A DNA stretch of 50,613 bases from assembly GCA_031266335.1 (NCBI GenBank), contig JAISBF010000088.1:1-50613 (forward strand). Reading direction: 5' to 3'. The position numbers were made by a program, and so were the translations under genes. The DNA is from Verrucomicrobiales bacterium (GTDB taxonomy: Bacteria > Verrucomicrobiota > Verrucomicrobiia > Methylacidiphilales > JAAUTS01). This document shows positions 8,310-19,200 of this stretch, piece by piece. Every line of letters starts with the position of its first letter. Position 1 is the first letter of the stretch. A model generated the notes under the pieces. That model did no database searches and was not told the origin of the DNA. It saw nothing but the letters and a program-made list of their open reading frames with translations.

Positions 8310-11300
8310 ATGAAATATATCCAAACACTGATGTTGGCCGCCGCGCTGTCGCTGGCGGCGGGTTGCTACGAGGCCGATTCCAATGACGGCACCACCTACC
8401 GCCTGCGCGTGTACGGGCCGCTGACGGTGACGCGGGACGCGAATGTCATTCGCATCACCGCCGCCGACAGCGGCAAGGCGCGCATCGTGTGGTCGAAAAT
8501 CCTGTCCGATTTCACCACGCTGCCCACCGTCAGCGAGCGCGACGTGGTGTCCGGCCAGGCCACGCTGAAGGCGCTGATGTTCGAGGGCGGGCGGGCGCTG
8601 CTGCCGGTGCTCAAGGACGGCGCGCGGACGGTGGAGGTGTACACGTTCGCCTCGCCGGCGGAGCTGGATGAATTTTTGCGGTCAGCGTCAGCGCAACTCG
8701 CGGGCGCGCTGTATCGCGGTCAGCGGGCGCACCCGTATTTCCTCGATTTGTGGGACCGCCACGGCATGAGCTTCTGGTATTCGCTGACCAACAAAAAACA
8801 GCCGGGGCTGACCGACGAGGACGATTTCGCGTTTTTCCGCAAGCACGAGCTTGGCATCAACATGGTGCATAATTTCGGCCCCATCATCGAGCGCGCTGAC
8901 CGTGACGGCCTCGGTTACAAGTTTAACAAATGGATGGATGTCTCGGCGTTCGTGTACGACAAGTATCCGCAGGACACCCACGGCGGCGACCCCGACATGA
9001 CACTGTGGAACGATTATTACGGCGATGTGCCGTTCGCCGCCAACCGGCTGGAGCAGGGGCAGTTGGCGGAGTTGCAGGCGTTTCTGAAGCAATACACCGA
9101 CGATGAATACATGCTGTCAGTCACCGACCCGCACGGCGAGACCGGGCCGGGCGCGCACGATTTAATCGGCATGCGCGGGCGGGACGAGCCTTCGCGGCAG
9201 GACCTCATTCATTATTTGCGCGACTTGCGCAACCTCACCCTCAGCGGCCTCGGCGAGCGTTGGTACGGCGACGCCGGTTATTTCAAATCGTGGGACGACG
9301 TGCGCTTCCCGCGCGAGCGGAATTTTTACGGCTGGCAGGACGGCGCGAGCCAGGATTTGTCCGGCACGTGGAAACTGCGCATCATGAAACGCGCTGACGG
9401 TGAGCAGGCGAAACTGTTCGACCCCGCGGTCAGCGACGCGAATTGGTTCCCACTGACCGTGCCCGGCACGCAGCCGTTCGCCAACCGGCTCGACCGCTCG
9501 GTCACCGACGGCGGCTGGTTGCGCTTCACCTTCAAGGCCGACGCGAATTTACTAGAAAAAGCCGCCGCCGGGCAGCCGGTCTATCTGACGCTGTGCCCGT
9601 TCAACTCGGCGCAATACGCCAACCCGGTCGGCATCTGGTTGAACGGCAAAAAACTCGCCGACCTGACCTTCGGCAACGGCGAGGAATGGGGGCAGTGGGA
9701 CGTGGCGAAAATTCTCACCGCCGGCGACAACACGCTGACGGTGTTCGCGCCGCTGGGCGTGATCAAGGGCCCGCGTTTTCTGACCACCAAGCTCGGCGAG
9801 CCGTTCCCGACCAGCGACCCGCTGGTCAACGCGCAGTTGTTCGACTTGCGCGAATGGATGACCGATTGCGTGGCGCGGTCGAACGCGCGCGCGATTGATT
9901 ACATTCGCGGCGCTGACGCTGACCGGCCGGTGAAGATGATGGCGTTCTACAGCATGATCGACGTGATGATGCCGCTGCTGGAGGAGCGCGGCGGCTACCC
10001 GCACTGCACCGGCGAGGGCGACTACTTCCGCCCGTGGTTCAAGCGCTACGGCTACCTGCGCGGCATCGAGGCGTCGGCGGAGCCGAGCCAGCCGGCGCCG
10101 GACATGTGGAACCTGAAGCGCAAGATGTTCACCTTCCAGATGGAAGGCGGCAACTCGATGGATTATTTCATCCACCTGCACAGCATCACGGCCAATCCGG
10201 AGATGAAGGAGTGGTATGAGCAGAACGTGCGTTACTATCAACTGATGGGCAAGTTCGATTTGAGAAAACCGGACGTGGCGCTGGCCCGCTCCTGGCGCGT
10301 GGATCGCGTGACGATTGCGTGGCCGACGGTGCCCGCGGACACCGGCTACCAGAGCGACCTCGGGCGCGGCGACATTTACCAGGCGCACTACAGTTATGTG
10401 TACACCTCGGAGCGCGAACTCGCCGACGGTCTGCTGAAAGATTACAAGGTTATCATTGACGGCAATTTTCACACGCTCGAGGCCGCTGACGTTGACCGCC
10501 TGGAACAATGGGTCGCTGACGGTGGCACGCTGGTGCTGAACCAGCGTTCGGGCCGCAACGACTTCCTGCGGGCGAACACCTGGCCGATTGAACAACTCAC
10601 CGGCTGCGTCGCGACTATCAGGCCGATGGGCGGCAAGGTGACGTTCGAGGCGAATCCCGAAATCCTGCAAGCCTACGCCGGCCAAACCTTCGCTGACACT
10701 GGCAACGTGACCGACTGGCAGCAGCACACGTATTACCACGACAGCATCTCGCTGGCGCCGAAGGACGGCGTCACCGTCAGCGTCATCGCGCGCTACGCGG
10801 ACGGCGCGCCGGCCATCGTCAGCCGGGCGCTGGGCAAGGGCCGCGTCGTCGTGCTCGGCAGCGCGTTCTACCGCGACAGCAGCGACATCAAGGGCTACTA
10901 CATCGGCAGCGACGCGCAGGCGGTGTTTTACAAGAATTTGCTGACCGACCTCGGCGTCGCGCCGAACATCGAGTGCGCCGACAAATGGCTGTGGGGCGAG
11001 CGCTACGTCAGCAACAACGGCTCCACCGAGATGTTAGTGCTCGGCAACAGCAACTTCGACCAGCCGCTGGTCAACGGCAGCGCCACCTGGGTGCTGGATT
11101 TCGCGCCCAAGCGCGTGTTCGACCCGGTGACCGGCGCGACGCTGCCGGTGAAGATTGACGGCAACAAGGTCACCATCAGCGGCCTCAACCTCGGCGTGTA
11201 CGAGATGAAATATTACGCCGTGGAGAAAACCGACTGGAGCGCGGCGGACACGGTCGGCCACTGGCTGTTCCGCCAGGGCCAGATGTGGCGCGAGGTGAAG

Positions 11301-12146
11301 ACCGGCCTCCAGGCGAAATACGCCGACTACTGGCCGGTGCAGCCGTTCGGCAAGTGGCAGGCCAAGCAATTCGGCAACGAGGCCGACGCGCGCGCCGCGC
11401 TGGCCGTGGATTATCCCGCCAACAGCGGCTGGCTTACCGCGTTCAAGGCCGACTGGGCGTCGCTGAACCTGCCGCTCAAGCCGTTGCAGTGGGGCGTGTA
11501 TCGCAAGGAAGTGGACATCGAGGCGGCCTGGTTCGACAACCTGCGCGGCGCCGAATTTTTGTGGAACGCCGTCGGCCCGCGCGGCATCGTCGAGTTGCAG
11601 GTCAACGGTCAGGTCATCGTCAGCGGCACCGCCATTGCCAACGACCAATTGCTCGGCGCGTTGCGGCCCGGCAAAAATCTCATCGCGATTCTGGTGCGCG
11701 CCGGGCAGGACGGCAACGCGGGGCTGATCGCGGACTTCGTGTTCGCGCCGGTGCCCGGCAAAAACGCGGAGTCGCTGACGGTGAACGACGATTGGACGGT
11801 GTATCCCGACGAAATCACGCCGCAGACGGTGAGCCTGCCGGCGAAAGGCGTGTGGCTGCTGGCGCGCAAGAGCATCACCATCCCCGATAAATACCAGGAT
11901 TGCGACGTGTGGCTCGAGGCGCCCGGCGCGCTGGTGGTCGCCGCCAACGGCCGCTCGCGCTACAACAGCAACATGTACGGCTCGCGCTATCGCCGCAACA
12001 CGCTGCTCATCAACATCACGCCGGATCTCAAGTTCGGCGCGGCCAACGATGTGTGGCTCGGCGGCAACAACTGGAACGACGGCATCCGCCCCGGCGAGAT
12101 GGATTTGCAGGGCGTGAAACTGTGGTTCGTGCCGCGCGGGAAATAA
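8310..12146 (+). CDS. Giant lipoprotein, family A (A1); putative GH42-like/beta-galactosidase-like glycosidase with amidotransferase-like and galactose-binding-like modules
   Basis: The in-frame ATG at 8310 gives MKYIQTLMLAAALSLAAGC (lipobox LAAGC). The 1278-aa product is collinear with 16248-20096. Segments such as WVADGGTLVLNQRSGRN and GKGRVVVLGSAFY resemble the GH42 trimerisation/GATase-like domain. The family assignment is tentative. Confidence 0.8.
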   Translation: MKYIQTLMLAAALSLAAGCYEADSNDGTTYRLRVYGPLTVTRDANVIRITAADSGKARIVWSKILSDFTTLPTVSERDVVSGQATLKALMFEGGRALLPVLKDGARTVEVYTFASPAELDEFLRSASAQLAGALYRGQRAHPYFLDLWDRHGMSFWYSLTNKKQPGLTDEDDFAFFRKHELGINMVHNFGPIIERADRDGLGYKFNKWMDVSAFVYDKYPQDTHGGDPDMTLWNDYYGDVPFAANRLEQGQLAELQAFLKQYTDDEYMLSVTDPHGETGPGAHDLIGMRGRDEPSRQDLIHYLRDLRNLTLSGLGERWYGDAGYFKSWDDVRFPRERNFYGWQDGASQDLSGTWKLRIMKRADGEQAKLFDPAVSDANWFPLTVPGTQPFANRLDRSVTDGGWLRFTFKADANLLEKAAAGQPVYLTLCPFNSAQYANPVGIWLNGKKLADLTFGNGEEWGQWDVAKILTAGDNTLTVFAPLGVIKGPRFLTTKLGEPFPTSDPLVNAQLFDLREWMTDCVARSNARAIDYIRGADADRPVKMMAFYSMIDVMMPLLEERGGYPHCTGEGDYFRPWFKRYGYLRGIEASAEPSQPAPDMWNLKRKMFTFQMEGGNSMDYFIHLHSITANPEMKEWYEQNVRYYQLMGKFDLRKPDVALARSWRVDRVTIAWPTVPADTGYQSDLGRGDIYQAHYSYVYTSERELADGLLKDYKVIIDGNFHTLEAADVDRLEQWVADGGTLVLNQRSGRNDFLRANTWPIEQLTGCVATIRPMGGKVTFEANPEILQAYAGQTFADTGNVTDWQQHTYYHDSISLAPKDGVTVSVIARYADGAPAIVSRALGKGRVVVLGSAFYRDSSDIKGYYIGSDAQAVFYKNLLTDLGVAPNIECADKWLWGERYVSNNGSTEMLVLGNSNFDQPLVNGSATWVLDFAPKRVFDPVTGATLPVKIDGNKVTISGLNLGVYEMKYYAVEKTDWSAADTVGHWLFRQGQMWREVKTGLQAKYADYWPVQPFGKWQAKQFGNEADARAALAVDYPANSGWLTAFKADWASLNLPLKPLQWGVYRKEVDIEAAWFDNLRGAEFLWNAVGPRGIVELQVNGQVIVSGTAIANDQLLGALRPGKNLIAILVRAGQDGNAGLIADFVFAPVPGKNAESLTVNDDWTVYPDEITPQTVSLPAKGVWLLARKSITIPDKYQDCDVWLEAPGALVVAANGRSRYNSNMYGSRYRRNTLLINITPDLKFGAANDVWLGGNNWNDGIRPGEMDLQGVKLWFVPRGK

Positions 12147-12161
12147 TCGCTTATGAACAAT

Positions 12162-12222
12162 TATGGAGCGCGGGCATCCCTGCCCGCTTTGGCCTTGCGG
12201 GCAAGGATGCCCGCGTTCCATA
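12162..12222. repeat. REP-like element: TATGGAGC ... GTTCCATA outer stem with two GCGGGCAnnnnTGCCCGC hairpins
   Basis: TATGGAGCGCGGGCATCCCTGCCCGCTTTGGCCTTGCGGGCAAGGATGCCCGCGTTCCATA was read directly. It sits in the 6-60 bp spacer between A1 and B1 and contains the candidate start ATG at 12207. Confidence 0.75.
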
Positions 12223-15200
12223 GGGCGCTGTTGGCGGCCTTGCTGGCGCTGGGCGTGGGCGCGTGCGGGCCGTGCGGCGACCAGTCGCCCGTCGCTGACG
12301 GTGCCGGCGCGAAACAGGCCGCTGACGGCGCCGCGCCGGTGAACGATGAGGCGCTGACGCTCAGCGGCACGTTCGCGCCAAAAAAATTGCGCGCCTACGG
12401 CACGGTCAGCGGCACCAGTTGGCGGGCCGCTGACGGTGGTTCGTTGCTACAAATCAATTGTGAGGACGAGGAAAAGGCGAAGCTCGCGCAGGCGAAATAT
12501 TTGTCCGACCTCGACACGCTGCCGCCGGGCACCAAGCCCGGCCAGTTCACCGTCAGCGGGCAGGCCGTCCATTTCCGCGACGCGGGCGAGCAGGGCGTCG
12601 TGGCGGCGTTGCGGCGCGGCAACACGGTGTTGCTCGCGGCATCACCGTCAGCGGCGGCGCTGGAAAAACTGCTGGGCGCAGCGCTGACCGTCAGCGGCTG
12701 GTCATCGTCAGCGGAGGCAAAGGTGCCAATGTGGCTTGACCGCTTTGACAAATACGGTTTCCATTTTTATTACGCGCCCGGATTGCTGAAGCCGGGGCCG
12801 GGCAAGCCGCCGATTATTTCCTACGACCCGGCGGAGGATTTCGCGTTCGCGGCGCAACACGGCGCGGGGCTGACCATCTGGACCGGCGCGCAGTACGGCG
12901 AGACCGCCGAGTGGCTGAACAACGACGGGCGCTGGGACTGGGCGCTACGCGTGGCGCAGCAGCACGGCATCCCGGTCGGGCTGAATTTGGAGTTGAACTC
13001 GAAAATCCATTACTGGATTTACAACCGCGACCCGCTGACGCTGATGCAGTTCGCGCCGGATTTCCTGGGCACTTACTACGGCTCGATGAACTTCGGCATC
13101 GGCGCGCTGGTGTCGTGGTGCTCGGAGTTGGGGCAGGACACGCTGCTGTCGCAGGTGCAGCAGATGGTGCGGAAATATAACGCCGCGGAGAACATCAGCG
13201 CGTGGCTGGAGCCGCACGAGGAGATGGGCCACGGGCCGGCGGACATGCTGGTCGAATACGGGCCGCTGGCGGACGCGAATTATCGCGCCTATTTGCGGGA
13301 AAAGTACGGCTCACCGTCAGCGCTGGCGCAACGCTGGGGCCGCGCCGACCTCCGCGCGTGGGACGACGTGCGCGTGCCGGAAATCGCGGAGTTTTTCGGC
13401 TGGGGGCCGGACGCGCTGGATTTGCGCGGCGAGTGGCGGGTGAGTTACGACGACGCTGACCATGAGGCGGCGCTAACGGCGGACTTCAACGACAGCGCGT
13501 GGCCGGTGATTGTCGCGCCCGGGCACGGCCTGAACCGGCTGATGGGCACGATTGCGAAGAAGCCGGTGTTGTGGCGGCGGCATTTCGACGCTGACGGTGG
13601 CTGGCTGGCGGCGCGGCCCAAGGTGTTCCTCTACGTGTGGGACATGAACGACAACCGCGGCGCGCGGCGGGATAATGACCAGTCGCAGCGGGTGACGGTC
13701 ACCTTGAATGGCAAGACACTGGAGGAAAAAGTGCCGCTGTACGATCAGGACCATCGCGCGGCATTCGACGTGACCGACTTGATAAAACCCGCTGACAATG
13801 TGCTGGTAGTGCGCTTGTCGCGCGGGATGATCAATTATCGGGTCTATTTGTCCGGCGAGGAGCCGCAGGCATATCCCGGCCTGGGCGCGGGTCGGAACGC
13901 GCAGTGGGCGGATTATTACGACTGGATGTTTTACATTCGTGAAAAAGCGCTGGTGCGCGGGATGCAGATGATCCGGCAGGCGGACCCGCACCGCGGGATT
14001 ATTTTGATGTCGCCGGATTATTACGTGGACGTGATTCACCAGGCGGCGCGCGCGTACGGCGGCGATTTTCACAACACCGGCTACATGGCGGCGTGGTGGT
14101 GCGACCGGCTGCCCGCCTACATGCGCGCGGCGGGACTGCCGATGAGCACCGAGCCGGGCAACGGCCCGCCGAACCCGCAGCAGTTCGGCATGTTTTACGG
14201 GCACTGGATCACCGAGGGCGTGAACGCGGTGGACTTGTTCATGAACATGGGCGAAATCTACTGGAATCCCGACAACCGGCAACACTTCGAGGAATACGCC
14301 AAAGTCTATACCAGCATCGGGCGTTATCACCAGACGAGTGCCAGGGTCGCGGCGCTGTACTCGGGGCGGGTCGAGCGGCTGCTTGGCTTCCCGTGGCTGG
14401 GCGACGGTCGCGCGGCGGTGAACGCTGACGGTGAGCCGTATTTCCGCGGCAACGCCTACGTCTCGCCGTTCAACGCGCGCCGCGTGTTCAGCCTGCTTGA
14501 TGCCGCGCCGCCCGGTCCGGCCTACGAAAGCGACGCGGTGACCGAGCTGTCGTTCCAGCACGACCAAATTGACCCGGCGCAATATCGCGTCATCGTGGAC
14601 ACCAGCACGTCGTTCATGGATGAGGCCACCGTCAGCGGCATCGAGCGCTATGTCCGCGCCGGCGGCATTTTCGTCACCTACGGCGACAGCGGGCGGCATT
14701 CGCTGACCGAGCCGGACACTTGGCCGCTGGCCGCGGTCAGCGGTTTCCGCGCCCAGCCGGGCCGGTACTTTTATTCGGACGCGGTCAGCGTCGGGCCGGA
14801 GCGCGCGTTTTTGTCCGCCGACTTCACTTTCGGCGAAAAGGAAATCCACGGCACACACTATCAGCGGGTCGCCGATGACGCGCAAATCCTCGCCACCTGG
14901 AAAAAAGACGGCAGCGTGGCGCTGGGCCTGCGGCAAATCGGCCGGGGCTACGTGGTGACCGTCGGCCCGAGCTTTGGGTACAGCAACGAGCCGCGCGGCA
15001 ACAGTTTTTTCGGCCAGATTTTCCAGTGGCAGAACATTGAGAAAATCCCCGCGCGTTTCGAGGCTGACAGTGACCCGAAGGCAGTGGTCTGGCGGCACTT
15101 CGTCAGCAACAGCGGCCTGTACGACGTGTGGGCGGTGTATAACAACAGCAAGACCGACGAATTGCGCGGTAGCGTGGTGCTGGACGCGCCGCTGCGCCCG

Positions 15201-16175
15201 GCGTGGTTCATCGACGTGAAGACCGGCGAGCGCCACGCGCTGAACGACGGCCGGCTGCCGGTGCAGTTGCCGCCGCCGACCACGGTCAACGTGTATCTCA
15301 CCCCGCGCACGGTCAGCGGGTCGGCGGACGAATGGTTCGCGTTGCAACGCGGCTGGTGGAGCGGCGCTGACGGCGACCTCGGCCAGCCGTTCCCGCCGAA
15401 GGAGCAAAAATGGATTGTGGACATCACCGACGATTGGGCGTTCAAGCCGCTGGCGCTGGCACAAGCCGACGAGCCGTTGGCTGAAGTATCGTCCGCTGCC
15501 GATGACAACGGCTGGGAGCGCCGCCCGCTCGGCATCTTCACGCATCCCGACCATCCCGGCGCGCAACGTGCCGTGTTCCGCCGCGAAATCCAGATTCCCG
15601 CCAACTGGGACAACGGCACGGTCGGCCTGCGCCTGCCGGAATTTTACGGCCACGCGCGCATTTACCTCGACGGCCAGCCGGTGCCCGACCGTTGCGCCAG
15701 CATTGCAGTCAGGGCCGGCGAAAAACATTTGCTGGCCGTGGACATCCGCAGCGAGCAAGGCCGCGTGCTGCTCGGCGCCAGCGGCGCGGCGTGGCTGTCG
15801 TATCATCCCGCGCCGGCGGCGCGACAGGATTTGGCGGGTGACTGGCAGCCGACTGGCGACTACATCAACTTCCGCGCGCCGGTGCAGTTACCCGGCCGGA
15901 CCGAGCCGAAATCGCTCGGCCTGCGGCGGGTGGTGAAGGTGGACGAGGCGGCGCGGGGCCGCACGATCGTGCTGCACGCCGTCAACATCGTCGGCGTGGT
16001 TATCAACGGTCACTATTTGCGCCCGCACACCAAGGAGGCCGCCCCGCTGCCGCTGAACATCACGCCGTGGGTGCAAGTCGGCGCTGACAATGAAATCGTT
16101 TTGCTCACCGGCGGCGGCCCCGACAACATCAGCGAGGCGGCCTTGGAATTTCACGAACCGGGCACGTACCCGTGA
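12207..16175 (+). CDS. Giant lipoprotein, family B (B1); GH42-like TIM-barrel glycosidase candidate
   Basis: The ORF runs 12153-16175. The ATG at 12207 gives MPAFHRALLAALLALGVGAC, a lipoprotein-type signal. The segment WLEPHEEMGHG...YRAYLREKYGSPSALAQRWGRADLRAWDDVRVP resembles the GH42 motif region. It is a paralog of 34633-38673. Confidence 0.8.
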   Translation: MPAFHRALLAALLALGVGACGPCGDQSPVADGAGAKQAADGAAPVNDEALTLSGTFAPKKLRAYGTVSGTSWRAADGGSLLQINCEDEEKAKLAQAKYLSDLDTLPPGTKPGQFTVSGQAVHFRDAGEQGVVAALRRGNTVLLAASPSAAALEKLLGAALTVSGWSSSAEAKVPMWLDRFDKYGFHFYYAPGLLKPGPGKPPIISYDPAEDFAFAAQHGAGLTIWTGAQYGETAEWLNNDGRWDWALRVAQQHGIPVGLNLELNSKIHYWIYNRDPLTLMQFAPDFLGTYYGSMNFGIGALVSWCSELGQDTLLSQVQQMVRKYNAAENISAWLEPHEEMGHGPADMLVEYGPLADANYRAYLREKYGSPSALAQRWGRADLRAWDDVRVPEIAEFFGWGPDALDLRGEWRVSYDDADHEAALTADFNDSAWPVIVAPGHGLNRLMGTIAKKPVLWRRHFDADGGWLAARPKVFLYVWDMNDNRGARRDNDQSQRVTVTLNGKTLEEKVPLYDQDHRAAFDVTDLIKPADNVLVVRLSRGMINYRVYLSGEEPQAYPGLGAGRNAQWADYYDWMFYIREKALVRGMQMIRQADPHRGIILMSPDYYVDVIHQAARAYGGDFHNTGYMAAWWCDRLPAYMRAAGLPMSTEPGNGPPNPQQFGMFYGHWITEGVNAVDLFMNMGEIYWNPDNRQHFEEYAKVYTSIGRYHQTSARVAALYSGRVERLLGFPWLGDGRAAVNADGEPYFRGNAYVSPFNARRVFSLLDAAPPGPAYESDAVTELSFQHDQIDPAQYRVIVDTSTSFMDEATVSGIERYVRAGGIFVTYGDSGRHSLTEPDTWPLAAVSGFRAQPGRYFYSDAVSVGPERAFLSADFTFGEKEIHGTHYQRVADDAQILATWKKDGSVALGLRQIGRGYVVTVGPSFGYSNEPRGNSFFGQIFQWQNIEKIPARFEADSDPKAVVWRHFVSNSGLYDVWAVYNNSKTDELRGSVVLDAPLRPAWFIDVKTGERHALNDGRLPVQLPPPTTVNVYLTPRTVSGSADEWFALQRGWWSGADGDLGQPFPPKEQKWIVDITDDWAFKPLALAQADEPLAEVSSAADDNGWERRPLGIFTHPDHPGAQRAVFRREIQIPANWDNGTVGLRLPEFYGHARIYLDGQPVPDRCASIAVRAGEKHLLAVDIRSEQGRVLLGASGAAWLSYHPAPAARQDLAGDWQPTGDYINFRAPVQLPGRTEPKSLGLRRVVKVDEAARGRTIVLHAVNIVGVVINGHYLRPHTKEAAPLPLNITPWVQVGADNEIVLLTGGGPDNISEAALEFHEPGTYP

Positions 16176-16186
16176 TGATACAATAC

Positions 16187-16233
16187 GGAGCGCGGGCGGT
16201 TGGCTTGCGATGACTGGCCAGGCCGGTGCTCCC
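16187..16233. repeat. Degenerate REP-like element (GGAGCGCGGGC ... GCCGGTGCTCC)
   Basis: It has imperfect outer complementarity to the REP family and lies in the B1-A2 spacer, the same relative position as the 12162 copy. Confidence 0.4.
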
Positions 16234-16247
16234 GACAAACTGATTTT

Positions 16248-19200
16248 ATGAAATGGAAAAACATAATATGGGTGGCGCTGGTAGTGGCCGGCGTCGGTTG
16301 GTTGGCTGGCTGTGACAAAGAGTCAGAGACGAAGAATTATAACCTGCGCGTGTACGGGCCGCTGACGGTGACGCGGAACGACCATGGCGCGCGCATCGCC
16401 GCCGCTGACGCTGACAAGGCGCGCATCGTGTGGTCGAAAATCTTCGCCGATTTCACCACACTGCCGACCGTCAGCGAGCGCGAGGTGCGGGCGGGGCGGA
16501 CGGCGTTGAAGGCGCTGGTGTTCGAGTCGGGCCGCGCACTGCTGCCGGTGTTGCAGGATGGAGCGAGCATCGTGACGGTGTACTCGTTTGACACGCCGGC
16601 GGCGCTGGACGAGTTTCTCCAGTCATCGTCAGCGCAGTTGGCGGGCGCGAAATATCATGACCGGCGGGAACATCCGTATTTCCTCGATTTGTGGGACCGG
16701 CATGCGATGAGTTTCTGGTATTCGCCCAACCGCACGGGCGGCCACGCCAAGCCGGGCATGACCGACGACGGCGATTTTGATTTTTTCCGCCAGCACCAGC
16801 TCGGTGTCAACGCGGCGGGCGTCAACGGCCCCATCGCCGAGCGCGCGCGCCGCTACGACCTCGGCTACAAGTTCAACCGGTGGATGGACGTGTCGTCGTA
16901 TGTGTATGACAAATATCCGCAGGACACGCACGTCGGCGACCCGGACTCGACGCATTGGAACGATTACTACGGCGATGTGCCGTTCGCGGAGAACCGGCTC
17001 GAGCGCGGGCAGGGCGCGGATTTGCAGGAGTTTTTGCGGCAGTACGCTGACGATGACCACCTGATGTCGGTCACCGACCCGCACGGCGAGACCGGGCCGG
17101 GCGCGGCGGATTACATGGGCTGGCGCGCGCGCGACGAAAGCTCGCGGCGGTCGTTTATCGCGTATTTGCGTGACACGCGGCAGCTCACCGTCAGCGCGCT
17201 GGGCGAGCGGTGGTACGGCGACGCGCAGCGGTTCAAGTCGTGGGACGACGTGCAATTCCCGCGCGAGCGCGATTTCTACGGCTGGCAGGACGGCGCGAGC
17301 CAGGATTTGTCGGGCGAATGGAAACTGCGCGTCATGAAACGCGCTGACGGTGAGCAGGCGAAATTGTTCGACCCGGCGGTCAGCGACGCGAACTGGTTCC
17401 CGTTCGCCATGCCGGGGACGGAGGCGTTCGCGTTCCGCTTTTGGCGCGAGACGACCGACGGCGCGTGGCTGCGGTTCACGTTCAAGGCGGACGCGAATTT
17501 GCTGCGGAAGGCCGCTGACGGTCAGCCGGTCTATCTGACCGTGTGCCCGTTTAACTACGCATTGTACGCCAACCCGACCAGCGTGTGGTTCAACGGCCAA
17601 AAGCTCGGCGACTTGACGCTGGGTTACGGCGAGGAATGGGGACAATTTGACGTGACGAAAATCCTGACCGCCGGCGACAACACGCTGACGGTGTTCGCGC
17701 CGAACGGCCACATCAAGGGGCCGCGCTTTTTGACGACGAAGCGCGCCGAGGAATTTCCGACCCCTGACAAGCAACTGAATGCGCGGCTCTACGACCTGCG
17801 CGAATGGGTCGCCGACAACACGGCGCGCAGCAACGCGCGCGCCATCGAAATCATCCGCGGCGCCGACGCCGACCGGCCGGTGAAGATGATGGCGTTCTAC
17901 TCGATGATCGACGTGATGATGCCGTGGCTGGAGCAACTCGGCGGCTACCCGCACTGCACCGGCGAGGGCGCGTATTTCCGCCCGTGGTTCAAGCGCTTCG
18001 GCTATCTGCGCGGCATCCAGAGTTCCGCCGAGCCGTCCGGGCCGGCGGGGGACCTGCGCGGGTTGCGGCGCATTTATTTCACGCTGCAAATGGAGGGCGG
18101 CAACGCGCTGGATTATTTCATCCACCTGCACAGCGTCACCGCCGATCCCGAAATGAAGGCGTGGTTCGAGCGCAACGCCGGTTACCTGCAACTGATGGGC
18201 CGCTTCGACCTCAAAAAGCCGGAGGTGGCCATCGCGCGGTCGTGGCGCATCGAGCGCGTGTTCATCCCGTGGCCGACCATGCCCGCTGACAGTGGCTATC
18301 AGAACGACCTCGGGCGCGGCGACATGTACCAGGCGCATTACAGTTATGTGTACACGTCTGAGCGCGAGCTGGCCGACGGCCTGTTGAAAAATTATCGGGT
18401 CATAATTGACGACAATTTCCACACGCTCAATCCCGCTGACGTTGACAACTTGGAAAAATGGGTCGCCGACGGCGGTACGCTGGTGCTGAACCAGCGCAGC
18501 GGGCGCAACACGTACGAGGAGGCGAACTCGTGGCCGATTGAAAAACTCACCGGCTGCGTCGCGACCGTCCGGCCGATGGGCGGCAAGGTGACGTTCGAGG
18601 CGAATCCCGAAATCCTGAAAGCCTACGCCGGCAAGACGTTTGCCGACACCGGCAATGTGACCGACTGGCAGCAGCACACGTATTATCACGACAGCATTTC
18701 ATTGGCGGCGAAGGACGGAGTCACCGTCAGCGTCATCGCGCGTTACGAAGACGGCGCGCCGGCCATCGTCACGCGGCAACTCGGCAAGGGCCGCGTCATC
18801 GTGCTCGGCAGCGCGTTCTACCGCGACAGTTCGGATGTTGACGGTTATTATGTTGGTAGTCACGCGCAGGCGCAATTTTACCAGCACCTGCTCGGCGAAC
18901 TCGGCGTGCAGCCGGTCATCGTCAGCGAGCAGGATAGTCTGTGGAGCGAGCGCTTTGTCAGCAACAACGGCAGCACTGAGCTGCTGGTGCTGGGCAACGC
19001 GCACGGCACCGAACCGTTGAAAAGCGGTAGCGCCGTGTGGGAACTGGACTTCGCGCCGCGCCGCGTGTTCGACCCGGTGACCGGCGCGACGCTGCCGGTG
19101 AAAATCGAGGGCCGCAAGGTCACCGTCAGCGTCCAGGATTTGTTGCCCTACGATCTGCGCTATTTCGCGGTGGAACGCACCGACGGCACGGCGGTGGACG

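Noticed and set aside
6778-18689. Long minus-strand ORFs (6778-8328, 9552-10739, 11034-12221, 13473-15806, 16629-18689).
   Set aside because: All are antisense shadows of the plus-strand X1/A1/B1/A2 genes, which have paralog support, signal peptides and recognisable motifs. The shadow translations are Arg/Ala/Gly/Val-rich with no domains.
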